Shown piece after piece: positions 22,272 to 31,462 of a stretch of 64,000 nt of DNA (positions are counted from its first letter, which is position 1; the number at the start of each line of letters is the position of its first letter). A program made the translations under genes and the position numbers. The notes below the pieces were generated by a model that saw only the letters and a list, made by a program, of their open reading frames with translations, was not told the DNA's origin and did not search any database. The stretch is from the IMG/VR virus record IMGVR_UViG_3300036668_000241, positions 8,329 through 72,328 of that record. One strand, 5' to 3'. Source of the stretch: a virus.

Positions 22272-22742
22272 CTACTGATCTGCAAAGTCTCTTCTTTGTA
22301 GACTTCTCTGTACCCCATAGTATAGCGGAGCAGCGGAGCTGAGGCCCATACCACGAGCGATAGCAGCTAGAGATACTCCTGATTCGTACTCATGAGCAAT
22401 GGAATTATGGTACTCCTCTGCTGTCCCACTTTTTGCTGCCTTAATTCTATTAATTGATTCTTCTATATTTTCAGTTTTTGATTTACTTTTTGGCTTAACA
22501 GAAGATACAACTACATGCTGCATCATAATTCTTCGACGAATCCCAGCGTAAGCAACATTTAATTCTTTAGAAAGCACTGGGAGACTGCCACCCTTATTAT
22601 AAAATTCAGTTAAAAGTCTTGTGTACTCCCGGCTAGCTATATGTGCTGGGGTGGTTTGATTTCTTGATCCGTATGCTTTTTTTGCTAGAGTTAGTAGTGG
22701 CTCTATTTTAGATTTATATTCTTCTACGAGTTCCGTATTCAC
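22272..22742 (-). CDS. Tandem helix-turn-helix DNA-binding protein
   Basis: Two related repeats: EFYNKGGSLPVLSKELNVAY and HEYESGVSLAAIARGMGLSS. Confidence 0.65.
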   Translation of the reverse strand: MNTELVEEYKSKIEPLLTLAKKAYGSRNQTTPAHIASREYTRLLTEFYNKGGSLPVLSKELNVAYAGIRRRIMMQHVVVSSVKPKSKSKTENIEESINRIKAAKSGTAEEYHNSIAHEYESGVSLAAIARGMGLSSAAPLYYGVQRSLQRRDFADQ

Positions 22743-22777
22743 TGTGTATCCTTTCGTCTTTATTAGGTCGAATGTGA

Positions 22778-22806
22778 ATCATACCTCAGGGGTGTTAGGC
22801 AGTCAA
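22778..22806 (-). promoter_or_regulatory. SigA-type promoter for the HTH gene and terL
   Basis: TTGACT-17 nt-TATGAT on the minus strand. Confidence 0.7.
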
Positions 22807-22814
22807 CTTACATC

Positions 22815-22935
22815 AAAAAACCCCCGTAAAGGGGGGTAAATTGACTAATGAAGGTATGTATCAAGTTAGGACCTCTGCGTCAGGCCCACCTTGAAAAATC
22901 TAGTGAACCACCTCCTACGACGCGAAAGTAACTAA
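22815..22935 (-). ncRNA. Candidate ~120-nt structured small RNA
   Basis: Extended -10 TGGTACTAT (22948-22940), nested stems, terminator ACCCCC-loop-GGGGGT-TTTTT; no substantial ORF. Confidence 0.45.
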
Positions 22936-22954
22936 AGAAATAGTACCATTGGAC

Positions 22955-23404
22955 TCACTCCTCTACCTTTTTGAAGAGTTCGTATATTCGGTCCAATTCT
23001 TCCGTGATCTTTATGGCATGTGGATTTTCTGGTTGATCCCTAAGGAATTTTACGAGTAGGTCTCCAACCGAGGGCTGAACAAACTGCAAATATTCTCCAG
23101 TTTCGCCCCAGAAAGTGATTATACTTCCCTCATCAAGAGAGCCATCTGGCAAGTTTTTATCACGTTTTAGACAATAAAAAAACATGAAAATTCTTTCTTT
23201 AAAAGACATCTTAAAAATCATACTTTGTTTTTTGGTTCCAGTAAGGAAACTCCACCCCTGTAGAAACCGATATTTCAATGTTTGATGTGTGTAATAGTCA
23301 GTGCTAAATCTAATACTCTCAATGTGCGTTTTGTTTGTAAAGATCCAGTCTCTATGTACAAAATGATTTGCTGAGAAATCTAAGTAATCTAAACCCTTGC
23401 TCAT
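22955..23404 (-). CDS. Hypothetical protein
   Basis: 149-aa ORF overlapping the thyX stop. Confidence 0.6.
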   Translation of the reverse strand: MSKGLDYLDFSANHFVHRDWIFTNKTHIESIRFSTDYYTHQTLKYRFLQGWSFLTGTKKQSMIFKMSFKERIFMFFYCLKRDKNLPDGSLDEGSIITFWGETGEYLQFVQPSVGDLLVKFLRDQPENPHAIKITEELDRIYELFKKVEE

Positions 23405-24114
23405 GGTGCAACCCTTCCATTTGCTGCAAATGCTGCATAAGTTATTGGCATATGCTCTTTTAAAATCTCTTCGTAACGTTCTGCAACCATTTCGATCTCG
23501 CGCTGGGGATAGGACGGAAAGTGTGAGCCCTCCACATGCTGTCGTAAACTAAGAAAATTCATAAGTGCTCGAGCATTCATAGTTACATACGCACTTGAGT
23601 ATATATTTAGAGGCAGCGCTATACGAGCCACCTCTTTAGCGATTCCGTTGGCTAAGAGTTGTTCATAGTTTTGATAGGCATCTATACACTGCTTCTCAAA
23701 AAGAACCTTAGTCATTGCGTATTGATCGTTAGTGCCCTCTATAAACTGATAGTGACCCGTTTTACCAATCTGCTGAAGGTTGCGTTCCCGCGCAGGAATG
23801 TAAAACTCTGGCTTTAAGACTGCATATCTACCGGACTCTTCGTTGTAACTTGCAATCCGGTGCCGCATGTGTTCGCGCCATACGAAAATAGGGGCTTTGA
23901 CATAAAATGTAAAGTATGAATGCTCAAAGGGGCTTCCGTGGCGATCACGCATTAGGTAGTTGATTAGCCCTGAAATCTTTGCTTCATCCTGTGTAACATC
24001 TTTTGAGGCTTCACCTTTTGTACTTACCCAAGCGGCTCTTGCTACATCTATATCTTGTGCGCTATATTTAATGAGCTCTACTATAACTTCCGAGCTATAT
24101 TGAACGGATTGCAC
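23401..24114 (-). CDS. thyX: Flavin-dependent thymidylate synthase ThyX
   Basis: HGSPFEH and RHRIASYNEESGRY signature, EVAR..LP; GTG start at 24114 after GGAGG. Confidence 0.95.
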   Translation of the reverse strand: MQSVQYSSEVIVELIKYSAQDIDVARAAWVSTKGEASKDVTQDEAKISGLINYLMRDRHGSPFEHSYFTFYVKAPIFVWREHMRHRIASYNEESGRYAVLKPEFYIPARERNLQQIGKTGHYQFIEGTNDQYAMTKVLFEKQCIDAYQNYEQLLANGIAKEVARIALPLNIYSSAYVTMNARALMNFLSLRQHVEGSHFPSYPQREIEMVAERYEEILKEHMPITYAAFAANGRVAP

Positions 24115-24397
24115 TAAGTTCCTCCATAAGTGATTCGTTTTCTTTTTCTGAGCCCTTGTTTCGTTTAGTTTCTGCACGTTGCGAAGCCTTGGTAATAACT
24201 TTTTCTAGTGTTTTTACAGCCTCTACTAACTCAACAGAGTCGTTACTAAAAGTAAAGTATTCGAAAGTAGCTTGAACCACTACCACTTCATTGCTAACTG
24301 AGCCGTCAGGGTACTCTAGAAATTTAACGGAGTCAATACGTTCTAACTTCAACAACTCTGGACTGCCAGGTTTTGGCTGTCTATATTTAGATCCCAC
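24095..24397 (-). CDS. Hypothetical protein
   Basis: ORF packed between co-oriented genes. Confidence 0.55.
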   Translation of the reverse strand: MGSKYRQPKPGSPELLKLERIDSVKFLEYPDGSVSNEVVVVQATFEYFTFSNDSVELVEAVKTLEKVITKASQRAETKRNKGSEKENESLMEELSAIRSI

Positions 24398-24767
24398 TGT
24401 CTTGTTCCTCTCTTATCGGATACATTTCTGCCATTCTTTTTGCTAGTTCTCGCATTTCTTCTATCGCTTCAGGAGTGTCTTTACCGTTTGACATTTCTTT
24501 CTGATGCCACTCTCTAACTGTTGCTAGGGCTTCAGCAGTAGAGGTCCATTCTTGCGAGCGTCCCTCAGTGCAGAATACAGAAGAGCAGATAGTGATGCTT
24601 TTAAATTTTATCGTACCCCCATCCTCTCTGTCCCAGACGTCCCCGTAGTCTACAGAAATATACCCCTCAGCAGACTTGCAAAAGGACTCGTACAGAAAGT
24701 AATGATTGTAGGACTCGCGCAAAAGTCTTTCAATTTCTTTAATGTCTTCATACTCTTCTGGCGTCAT
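24387..24767 (-). CDS. Hypothetical protein
   Basis: 126-aa ORF with phage-like composition. Confidence 0.6.
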   Translation of the reverse strand: MTPEEYEDIKEIERLLRESYNHYFLYESFCKSAEGYISVDYGDVWDREDGGTIKFKSITICSSVFCTEGRSQEWTSTAEALATVREWHQKEMSNGKDTPEAIEEMRELAKRMAEMYPIREEQDSGI

Positions 24768-24808
24768 GAGGATAGACTACCGTATGGTAGACAAGAAATA
24801 CTAGGGCC

Positions 24809-25075
24809 GTGTATAGTTTTTCTATGACATACTTTCAGATTGAAGATACTAAGTGGGCCGATGGTTTACAGTCTGGCCTTGAAGAATATATGATGACACT
24901 GCAAGAAAGTGCTTATGCCGAGGAAGAAAGGGAAGAGATCGAAGAGGTAGAGACAGCCTCTGGAATAGCCTTCTGTGGGTGCGACACTTGCTACTACCGA
25001 GAGATTCTCTGCTATCTAACTCCTCGCATTCTTGAAGGTGGAGCAGAGGGAAAAGTAACTCTTACGGATGGCTAG
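24809..25075 (+). CDS. Hypothetical protein with CGCDTC motif
   Basis: Acidic ORF, FCGCDTC..RE. Confidence 0.6.
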   Translation: MYSFSMTYFQIEDTKWADGLQSGLEEYMMTLQESAYAEEEREEIEEVETASGIAFCGCDTCYYREILCYLTPRILEGGAEGKVTLTDG

Positions 25076-25259
25076 GCTATTTGGCTGGTGTATGGACAAT
25101 CATCATGAAGGATGCAGGACTCATTACCGAGACCTGTATGAACCTGAGAAAATTATTGAATGCGAGTGCGAGTGTCACGTAGGCAAAAAGAAGAGACCAC
25201 TCCCAGAACCACATATCCCTCCTAAAGAACAAAAACTTCCTAGAAGATCCTCTCGTTGA
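25068..25259 (+). CDS. Small Cys-rich protein
   Basis: FGWC...H..C...CECECH. Confidence 0.55.
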   Translation: MARLFGWCMDNHHEGCRTHYRDLYEPEKIIECECECHVGKKKRPLPEPHIPPKEQKLPRRSSR

Positions 25260-25268
25260 TATCTACAA

Positions 25269-26996
25269 TTATCCCATGTTGTAGTAAGTGATACGGGATA
25301 CGCCAGTAATAGCGATAATTCCCGCTGCCGTGATAACCGTGAGGTTCTGGTAAGTAGCAACATGCGAACCGGGGTTTTGTGGAGCGAGAGCAGCCGCACC
25401 GATGAGGCTCAATGTTGCGCCAGAATCCGATCCTGCAACCGCAGCGCCGTAAGTGTACGCAGTGGGGATAGCCGCAATACCAACCTGATTTGCAGTCAGC
25501 ATAAGAATCTTGGCAGGAACACCGCCACCAAACGGATCAGCAAGACCAACGCGACCAGCAGCGTTCGGCACAGTCGTACCAGTCGTAATAACAGCGCCGT
25601 TGGCTTTCAGCCAAGTGATTGTTGCAGCCGTATCCCTAATCTTGTCTACGGCAACTGTCGAGTTAAATATTGCTCCCTTCGCAGCCGTAGATCCGAACAT
25701 GGCAGCACGATCAGCATCCGTAGCAGTAGCGCCAATCAGTCTTGTCATGGCTGCATTAGAACCAGCAAGAGCACCGATAGCAACCGGCTCAGAAAGAGCA
25801 ATAGCGAAGTTCCCAGCGTTACCAATTAGTGAAGTAATCGCGGTCGCGCTGCCAGCGAAGGCACTCATAACAGCAGCGTTACTTGCAACAAGTGCAAAGT
25901 TTGCGTGAGTTGCAAGGCTGTTCAACGCAGCAAGTGAACCACCAATTGCAGTGGCAAGAATCGGATTCGTTAAGGCAACCGTCAGGTTTCCATGAACAGC
26001 GAGTGCTTCAATACTAGCTGGTACAGCAGCAATTGCATTGACAATAGTGTTGCTAGGGAACACCAAAGACAAGTTCGGGCTTGTTGCTAGATATAGCATT
26101 GCGGTTGTGTCCGTTGCCATAAGTTGAGCAGCAGCAGGATTAGCAACAACTTTCCCCAGTTCGCTTGAACTGTCAATAATTGAGTTGACGCTAGGGAACG
26201 CACCAATAAGACCGGCGAGGCTAACAATTGCGGCAGGTCGCACATTTGAAAATTGACCTGAGCCTCTAAAGTTTGTCCAAGCAGTTCCATCGTTGTAGAT
26301 TGCAGACATAGCAACCGGGCTGGCACTAATGGCTGACATACCGACAGCGCTTGGAGTTATCTGCCCCATTGCTATCGTGTTTTGGGCCACGATAGCCATT
26401 GCAGAGGATGATCCAGCCACGATAGCAATAGAAGTCGCATCTGCTGCAACGTCACTCATCATACTGCCACTATTAGCCATCAAAGCAACGGTTGGTGAAC
26501 TAGCAACAACTGCCTCCATAGCAGGTCGGGAATTAGAAACGAGGTTGTTAGCAGGCCCGTTAGCAATAAGCAAAGACATTGATGCGAAAGGCGCGGTTCC
26601 CGCTAAAGTTTCAACCACATTTTTCACGTTAGTTTCATAATGAGCGCCCCCAGTAAACTGAAACCACGAAATAGGATTTGCTTCAATCACCGTCAACGTT
26701 GCAAGGCTAGTCGAAACCGTACCAACAGCAGTACTGTTAGCGATAATTGCCTGCGACGCAATACTGTTTTCAGTCGAAGCCTCAGCAAAAACTGCTTCAC
26801 GGGCAATAGGACTAGCGACAATAGCCGTAACCGTATTGCCACTTGCAGCAATGCGTCTAGCTTGACCGCGCATAGAAAGCAGAACCTTGAACTCGGCTAG
26901 TCGTCCACCATCAGTAAGAGAAGTTTGAAGTTGGGCACCTGAGTGCGTTCCACCTTCAACTGCGTTTAGCAGTCTAATTGCGCGTAACATTCCCAT
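25269..26996 (-). CDS. Ala-rich helical-repeat protein, probably virion-associated
   Basis: 575 aa with ~10-aa repeats (S..AM..I.A); within the fibre module. Confidence 0.6.
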   Translation of the reverse strand: MGMLRAIRLLNAVEGGTHSGAQLQTSLTDGGRLAEFKVLLSMRGQARRIAASGNTVTAIVASPIAREAVFAEASTENSIASQAIIANSTAVGTVSTSLATLTVIEANPISWFQFTGGAHYETNVKNVVETLAGTAPFASMSLLIANGPANNLVSNSRPAMEAVVASSPTVALMANSGSMMSDVAADATSIAIVAGSSSAMAIVAQNTIAMGQITPSAVGMSAISASPVAMSAIYNDGTAWTNFRGSGQFSNVRPAAIVSLAGLIGAFPSVNSIIDSSSELGKVVANPAAAQLMATDTTAMLYLATSPNLSLVFPSNTIVNAIAAVPASIEALAVHGNLTVALTNPILATAIGGSLAALNSLATHANFALVASNAAVMSAFAGSATAITSLIGNAGNFAIALSEPVAIGALAGSNAAMTRLIGATATDADRAAMFGSTAAKGAIFNSTVAVDKIRDTAATITWLKANGAVITTGTTVPNAAGRVGLADPFGGGVPAKILMLTANQVGIAAIPTAYTYGAAVAGSDSGATLSLIGAAALAPQNPGSHVATYQNLTVITAAGIIAITGVSRITYYNMG

Positions 26997-27008
26997 TTAC
27001 TTCTCCTA

Positions 27009-27608
27009 TTATTTAGCAACGAAGAAAGCAGACAGCCTGCTCACTTCATCTTCATCTAGTTCATCACGGATAGAACTTTCAATTAAATCGTTTGCACTCA
27101 ACCAATCGAAAGCGGGAACGGCAAGCAACCACTGACCTGAATCGTCCGAAGCCGTAAAGCACGTTTCATCGTCGTCCGGTTCAAGTGTTGAAGCAATGAA
27201 CTGAAACAATCCTATACCCTCTACAACCGTAGAGTCATCTGCCAGGGGTGCAGGAACACCAATAACTCTCAAGCTTGATCTGTCTTCATAGGCCAAATAT
27301 CGCAATGAAGTAGGCGCACTGAGAACAACAATGTCGCCCTCACCCAAAAGGTTAATTGTGTTAATGCTTTTTAGATTTATTCCTGAAACTAAATTAGCCT
27401 GTTTTAAGTTAAGTGCATTTTGTGCAGCAACACTGACCGGCTTATTAGAATCTGTCGTGTTGTCCACAAGGTTCAATGCATCAACACGGTTCTTCGTCGC
27501 CAACGCTGCCGCCTGCGCGTTAGTGGTAATCAGTTGATTAGCAATAACAGCGTTAGTTTGAGCAGTAACTGCCGTGGTTAGAAGGGCTACTTCTTGCTCG
27601 ATACTCAT
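27009..27608 (-). CDS. Tail-fibre-associated protein
   Basis: VDNTTDSNKPVSVA.Q.AL..KQ..LVSG.NLK.IN motif common in phage fibres. Confidence 0.65.
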   Translation of the reverse strand: MSIEQEVALLTTAVTAQTNAVIANQLITTNAQAAALATKNRVDALNLVDNTTDSNKPVSVAAQNALNLKQANLVSGINLKSINTINLLGEGDIVVLSAPTSLRYLAYEDRSSLRVIGVPAPLADDSTVVEGIGLFQFIASTLEPDDDETCFTASDDSGQWLLAVPAFDWLSANDLIESSIRDELDEDEVSRLSAFFVAK

Positions 27609-27817
27609 GCGTGGCCTCCGGTGAGATGATTAACAAAAAAAGTGTTCGTAGTTATTAGTGATGTTGCCATTTGAGTCAGTGGAACCTGTGAAGCGTTCTC
27701 AGATAACAGTACAGCGGAAGCAATTCTACTTTCAAGGGCCAGTTGAGCAGTAACAACAGTATCAAGCAGCTCAGTTGTCTGCGTTGTTAGGCTTACGAGG
27801 GACGCTTCGATAGTCAT
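27605..27817 (-). CDS. Small coiled-coil protein
   Basis: N-terminus resembles that of the downstream gene (IE..L..LTT..T). Confidence 0.55.
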   Translation of the reverse strand: MTIEASLVSLTTQTTELLDTVVTAQLALESRIASAVLLSENASQVPLTQMATSLITTNTFFVNHLTGGHA

Positions 27818-28027
27818 TTATGCACCTCTCGATTGTAGGATAAGTCTTTGTGTCTGTATTAGGTTTGATGCCTGCCATATTCGATACTCGTCTGACAGGT
27901 AGGTCCAACCATGTACGCCATACACTCCAGACTTTTGATCTACAGTGTCAAAGTACATCCACCCTTCTTCAGGACTGGCAGGAGGTTGAGAGACTAAAGC
28001 TAGTTTTAATGCGTTAAAGAACCTCAT
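27818..28027 (-). CDS. Small virion-associated protein
   Basis: PPASPEEGWMYFDT resembles the P..GD.WF module of the fibres. Confidence 0.55.
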   Translation of the reverse strand: MRFFNALKLALVSQPPASPEEGWMYFDTVDQKSGVYGVHGWTYLSDEYRIWQASNLIQTQRLILQSRGA

Positions 28028-28824
28028 CCGACCACCGAAACTCTAAATGTGCCTGAAGCCTGAGTTTCGGCTGCAACGACGGTGACTGTATTAATTCCAG
28101 TAACCGTGGCATTTAAATCTACAAGCTCTCCGGTATCTATCAATCGACACATAATAAGTACATCAAGTGAGTTTAGCCCGTGGGTTACGGTTACTGGTGT
28201 TCCTCCAGTAAGCGTTCCTATGTTTATTGCATATTTCCCAGTTGCGCCAATCTGTTGGCGAGTTGTTTTTATTCCTAGTTCGCTAACCGTTATAGAGGAA
28301 TCTTCAGCAAGAACGGAAAATACGTTTGCAGACGAAATAAGTCCGTTTCCGGTGGAGTATGTCTGCCCCGCTCCAAAACGTACCCATTCTATTGAAGTAA
28401 CTCCGATAGTAATGTTGACAGACGTTTGCGTAAATGCCTCGTTAGTGCCAATTGTTCCAGAAGTAATCAGAACAGTTGCACCTTTAAGCTCAGCAGGAGT
28501 ATCAGCGTCAACGCTACGAGTGGGAGCTCCAGTGGCATTTACTGTGTAGATACCGTTTTCTACGTTATTAGCTTGTGTTTTTATGAGAATACGGTCACCC
28601 GTTGTTAGACTAACTCCGTCAATAAACTGACCGTCGGTATAGCTAGTTGTCAAATCTCCGTCAGAAGTAGTGGCTACTCGCACTGAAGTCTTCCACGATA
28701 GACCCGCCGCGATATTGTCTACATATTGTTTGTTAGCAGCATCAGTACCAGTAGAAGGGTCAGCGACGTTAATACCTTTTTGATTTCTAAGGTCTACTCC
28801 ATTAAAAAATTTAGATGCAGCCAT
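28024..28824 (-). CDS. Head/tail fibre protein
   Basis: DAANKQYVD, WKTSVRVATT, GDRILIK.Q...ENGIY, THGL motifs. Confidence 0.75.
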   Translation of the reverse strand: MAASKFFNGVDLRNQKGINVADPSTGTDAANKQYVDNIAAGLSWKTSVRVATTSDGDLTTSYTDGQFIDGVSLTTGDRILIKTQANNVENGIYTVNATGAPTRSVDADTPAELKGATVLITSGTIGTNEAFTQTSVNITIGVTSIEWVRFGAGQTYSTGNGLISSANVFSVLAEDSSITVSELGIKTTRQQIGATGKYAINIGTLTGGTPVTVTHGLNSLDVLIMCRLIDTGELVDLNATVTGINTVTVVAAETQASGTFRVSVVG

Positions 28825-29285
28825 TATGAGAATATAACCTCTCCTACTTGTGGTGTTGCAAATGAAATATATGAAGTATTAATGTCAATGTGATTTATTG
28901 GGACCCCAATAACTTCTCCCTCTAGGATAACAGAAACGTTAGGTATCTTTCCGAGATTATGCACTATCGTCCAATCGCCAGATGCCAGCGATTGAATATG
29001 TTTGTAGTAAAAAATTGGGCCTGGAATACCCTGTATTCCCTGCTCACCCAAAAGACCTTCAGGCCCTATCGGACCATCAAATCCACGTAGCCCTACACCA
29101 GCGAATACTTCAATAATATTATTAATTGACTCTACTGTTACCATGCTAATCTCAGTGGGTATCTCTACAAGATTTGTTTCAATACTAACCTCAACGGAAG
29201 TGTTTGACTCGGGAGTTATCTCTACAAGATTTGTTTCAGTATTGACCTCAACCAAAGGTGTTAAATCGTCAGTGTTGAATGACAT
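28824..29285 (-). CDS. Short collagen-containing structural protein
   Basis: G-X-Y triplets then Y.H.Q...W.I.HNLG..P.V. Confidence 0.7.
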   Translation of the reverse strand: MSFNTDDLTPLVEVNTETNLVEITPESNTSVEVSIETNLVEIPTEISMVTVESINNIIEVFAGVGLRGFDGPIGPEGLLGEQGIQGIPGPIFYYKHIQSLASGDWTIVHNLGKIPNVSVILEGEVIGVPINHIDINTSYISFATPQVGEVIFS

Positions 29286-29287
29286 TT

Positions 29288-29626
29288 TTATGCACTTCTA
29301 ACTGTAAAATCTCCACGAACAATTCGCTCTTGTATGCCAGAGCTTTCCGTAAACTCCAAAGCGTATGTATATTTCCCCTCCGGCAAATTACTCATGACTG
29401 ATGGCGGAATATTGATAGAAACAGTGCCTCGAGCACCGTCAATATCTATGTAGTCACTTGTCGATATTTCTAAAAGAATTTGCCCGGATACTTCCTTGAT
29501 AGCCATATATGCAGTGGTATCTGTGATAACAATGGTACGCCGTTTAGAGTCTTTTCTAACTAGTGCACGAGAAAAAGTCATGCCAAAATCAGCTATGAAG
29601 TTATGTGATCCAGCCAGAGCAGCCAA
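29288..29626 (-). CDS. Baseplate/fibre-connector-like beta-sandwich protein
   Basis: TTG start; G.TF....AYM.I...G.VSI.I......L..G.Y.Y.LE...RI..G.F.V pattern. Confidence 0.55.
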   Translation of the reverse strand: MAALAGSHNFIADFGMTFSRALVRKDSKRRTIVITDTTAYMAIKEVSGQILLEISTSDYIDIDGARGTVSINIPPSVMSNLPEGKYTYALEFTESSGIQERIVRGDFTVRSA

Positions 29627-29718
29627 AGAATTCTCCTTTTTAGAGCTCAGCCTTACATTATGCCATGAAATACGTAAACCTATTCACATACAAGAGTGTG
29701 TTGGGGTAGGCTAACACT

Positions 29719-30027
29719 ATGACTAGAAAAAAGAAGGTAATGCCAACTCTGGAAGATGTTCACCCAGAGTGGATAATTTTTGACGAGATTCAAATAAATG
29801 GACGTAATATTATGTCGGGGACTGAAATCTCTATTACATCTGAAAAAGGAAGATTTAGATTTATCAAATACGTTAAAACCCCTTCCGCTGAATGGATAGA
29901 TGTTATTGGAGGCCCTAAAGGGTCCAAAATGTTTAGATCATTTAGGCCAGAACAAGTCAAAACAGTTCACTGGAAAAACAAGCTGCGAGAAAGCTTTAAA
30001 GACTCTGAAAAGTCTGTATCCAACTAG
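29719..30027 (+). CDS. Conserved actinophage-type hypothetical protein (SH3-like)
   Basis: GRFRFIKYV...EWIDVIGG...FRSF. Confidence 0.6.
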   Translation: MTRKKKVMPTLEDVHPEWIIFDEIQINGRNIMSGTEISITSEKGRFRFIKYVKTPSAEWIDVIGGPKGSKMFRSFRPEQVKTVHWKNKLRESFKDSEKSVSN

Positions 30028-30253
30028 CTAGCTCTTCAAGGCTAAGATTCATAGATATTTCTTCCCCTAATAGATTTTGTATCTTTTCTAAATACTCTTC
30101 TAGCTCTTCTTGAGTAATTCCTGTTACTTCTTTAAGATGTCTTTCCATCTCAGCGAGGGCATCAATAATAGTTTGAAGAGGCACAACTTGAAATCCTGAC
30201 TGAGTTACAAGACTAATTAGCCTGTCTTCTTTTTCTTCGGGCTCTTCAGACAT
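29996..30253 (-). CDS. Acidic hypothetical protein
   Basis: 85-aa ORF in operon context. Confidence 0.55.
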   Translation of the reverse strand: MSEEPEEKEDRLISLVTQSGFQVVPLQTIIDALAEMERHLKEVTGITQEELEEYLEKIQNLLGEEISMNLSLEELASWIQTFQSL

Positions 30254-30265
30254 AGGATAAATCTA

Positions 30266-30490
30266 TTAAATACTGTCGGAGTCCACGACAAGAGTCTTGT
30301 CAAGTAAATGTGATTGATCTATCACGTAGTAAGACAGTTCTCGAAGTGTCTCTTCATAACGAAGGAAATGATGCCGACAAAAATACAGCTCACCTGAGTC
30401 AAGAATAGTAAGAAAATATGCTTGCGAATAACATATATCGCAACGGTCTGATGAGTTGAGGATTTTTTCTTCTGCTTGTAAGCTGCTCAT
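30266..30490 (-). CDS. Small Zn-finger protein of an actinobacterial family
   Basis: DRCD.C..QAY......GEL.FC.HH. Confidence 0.65.
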   Translation of the reverse strand: MSSLQAEEKILNSSDRCDICYSQAYFLTILDSGELYFCRHHFLRYEETLRELSYYVIDQSHLLDKTLVVDSDSI

Positions 30491-30502
30491 TTGTAGATTC
30501 TA

Positions 30503-31462
30503 CTAGACAATTGCATTCATAATATTTAAAACATGATTTTTAGGGATAATAGCTAGATGTGAAGACACGTCATTTTTTCCAAATGATACAACAAAATTAT
30601 CATTTAGTTCAACCATTCCCCCTACAAACTCTATTCCAGGACCTACAAATTGAAATGCCTGAGAAGATTCTATTAATACGCCAAAACGATCAAATCGTAC
30701 AAAATAATGTCCGTAGTTTTTTACAACAAAATCCATCATGCCAAAATTATTAGGGCTATACCCTCGAGATTTGCTAACCCATAGTTTGTGCATAACTGCA
30801 ATATAGGTCCCATCTTTTTGCTCTATAAGATGAGAGTTCCCTCTAAGTCCAGAAATAAGATTATTGTCAGAGAAGTTGGTAATAATTTTATCGTTTTTAA
30901 TAATTGCTGTAGGTCCATAAACAAAATCAAAGTACTCAGTAGCTTTGAGATCAGGAACTAACCAGTTTTTTTCAGGCTTATCTGGACGAACACCAGGATA
31001 AATTTTCACATCAATAATCTTTGTGGCTTTGGGGTCAAGCTTACAAACACAAAAACGTGCAACCGGAGTGTGCTCTTCCATAACTACTCCTGCAATCATC
31101 CAACTATTATCTCTCCAGAAGAGTCGTGGATCTTCAATTCCTCGAGTGTACTTTAGGGGCAATTCGGGCATAGGAATCTGTCTAAAGTTTTTAAACTTGA
31201 AATTCTTATCTACTTCAGCAAAATAAATTCTATTACGAATCTTTCCACCGTTTGTCACATGAAGCTCGCCATGAGGAAGGACTACATAGTTAGAAGATCT
31301 AAAGGCCATTGCGTATCCTTTTTTAGGAGAATACCCAATAGATGGATTAAAACACGACCACTCTTTATTATTTTCTTCTGCTAGTCTTTTAAGATTTATT
31401 ATGTTATCGGTGATAGGGAGAAAAGTTGTAGGGTCTTCTTTTAACATGTTAATCCTTCTCAT
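30503..31462 (-). CDS. Five-bladed beta-propeller glycosidase/phosphorylase-like protein (GH130-like)
   Basis: FNPSI, GIEDPRL, EKNW, IEF..G, SFG..D motifs. Confidence 0.7.
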   Translation of the reverse strand: MRRINMLKEDPTTFLPITDNIINLKRLAEENNKEWSCFNPSIGYSPKKGYAMAFRSSNYVVLPHGELHVTNGGKIRNRIYFAEVDKNFKFKNFRQIPMPELPLKYTRGIEDPRLFWRDNSWMIAGVVMEEHTPVARFCVCKLDPKATKIIDVKIYPGVRPDKPEKNWLVPDLKATEYFDFVYGPTAIIKNDKIITNFSDNNLISGLRGNSHLIEQKDGTYIAVMHKLWVSKSRGYSPNNFGMMDFVVKNYGHYFVRFDRFGVLIESSQAFQFVGPGIEFVGGMVELNDNFVVSFGKNDVSSHLAIIPKNHVLNIMNAIV

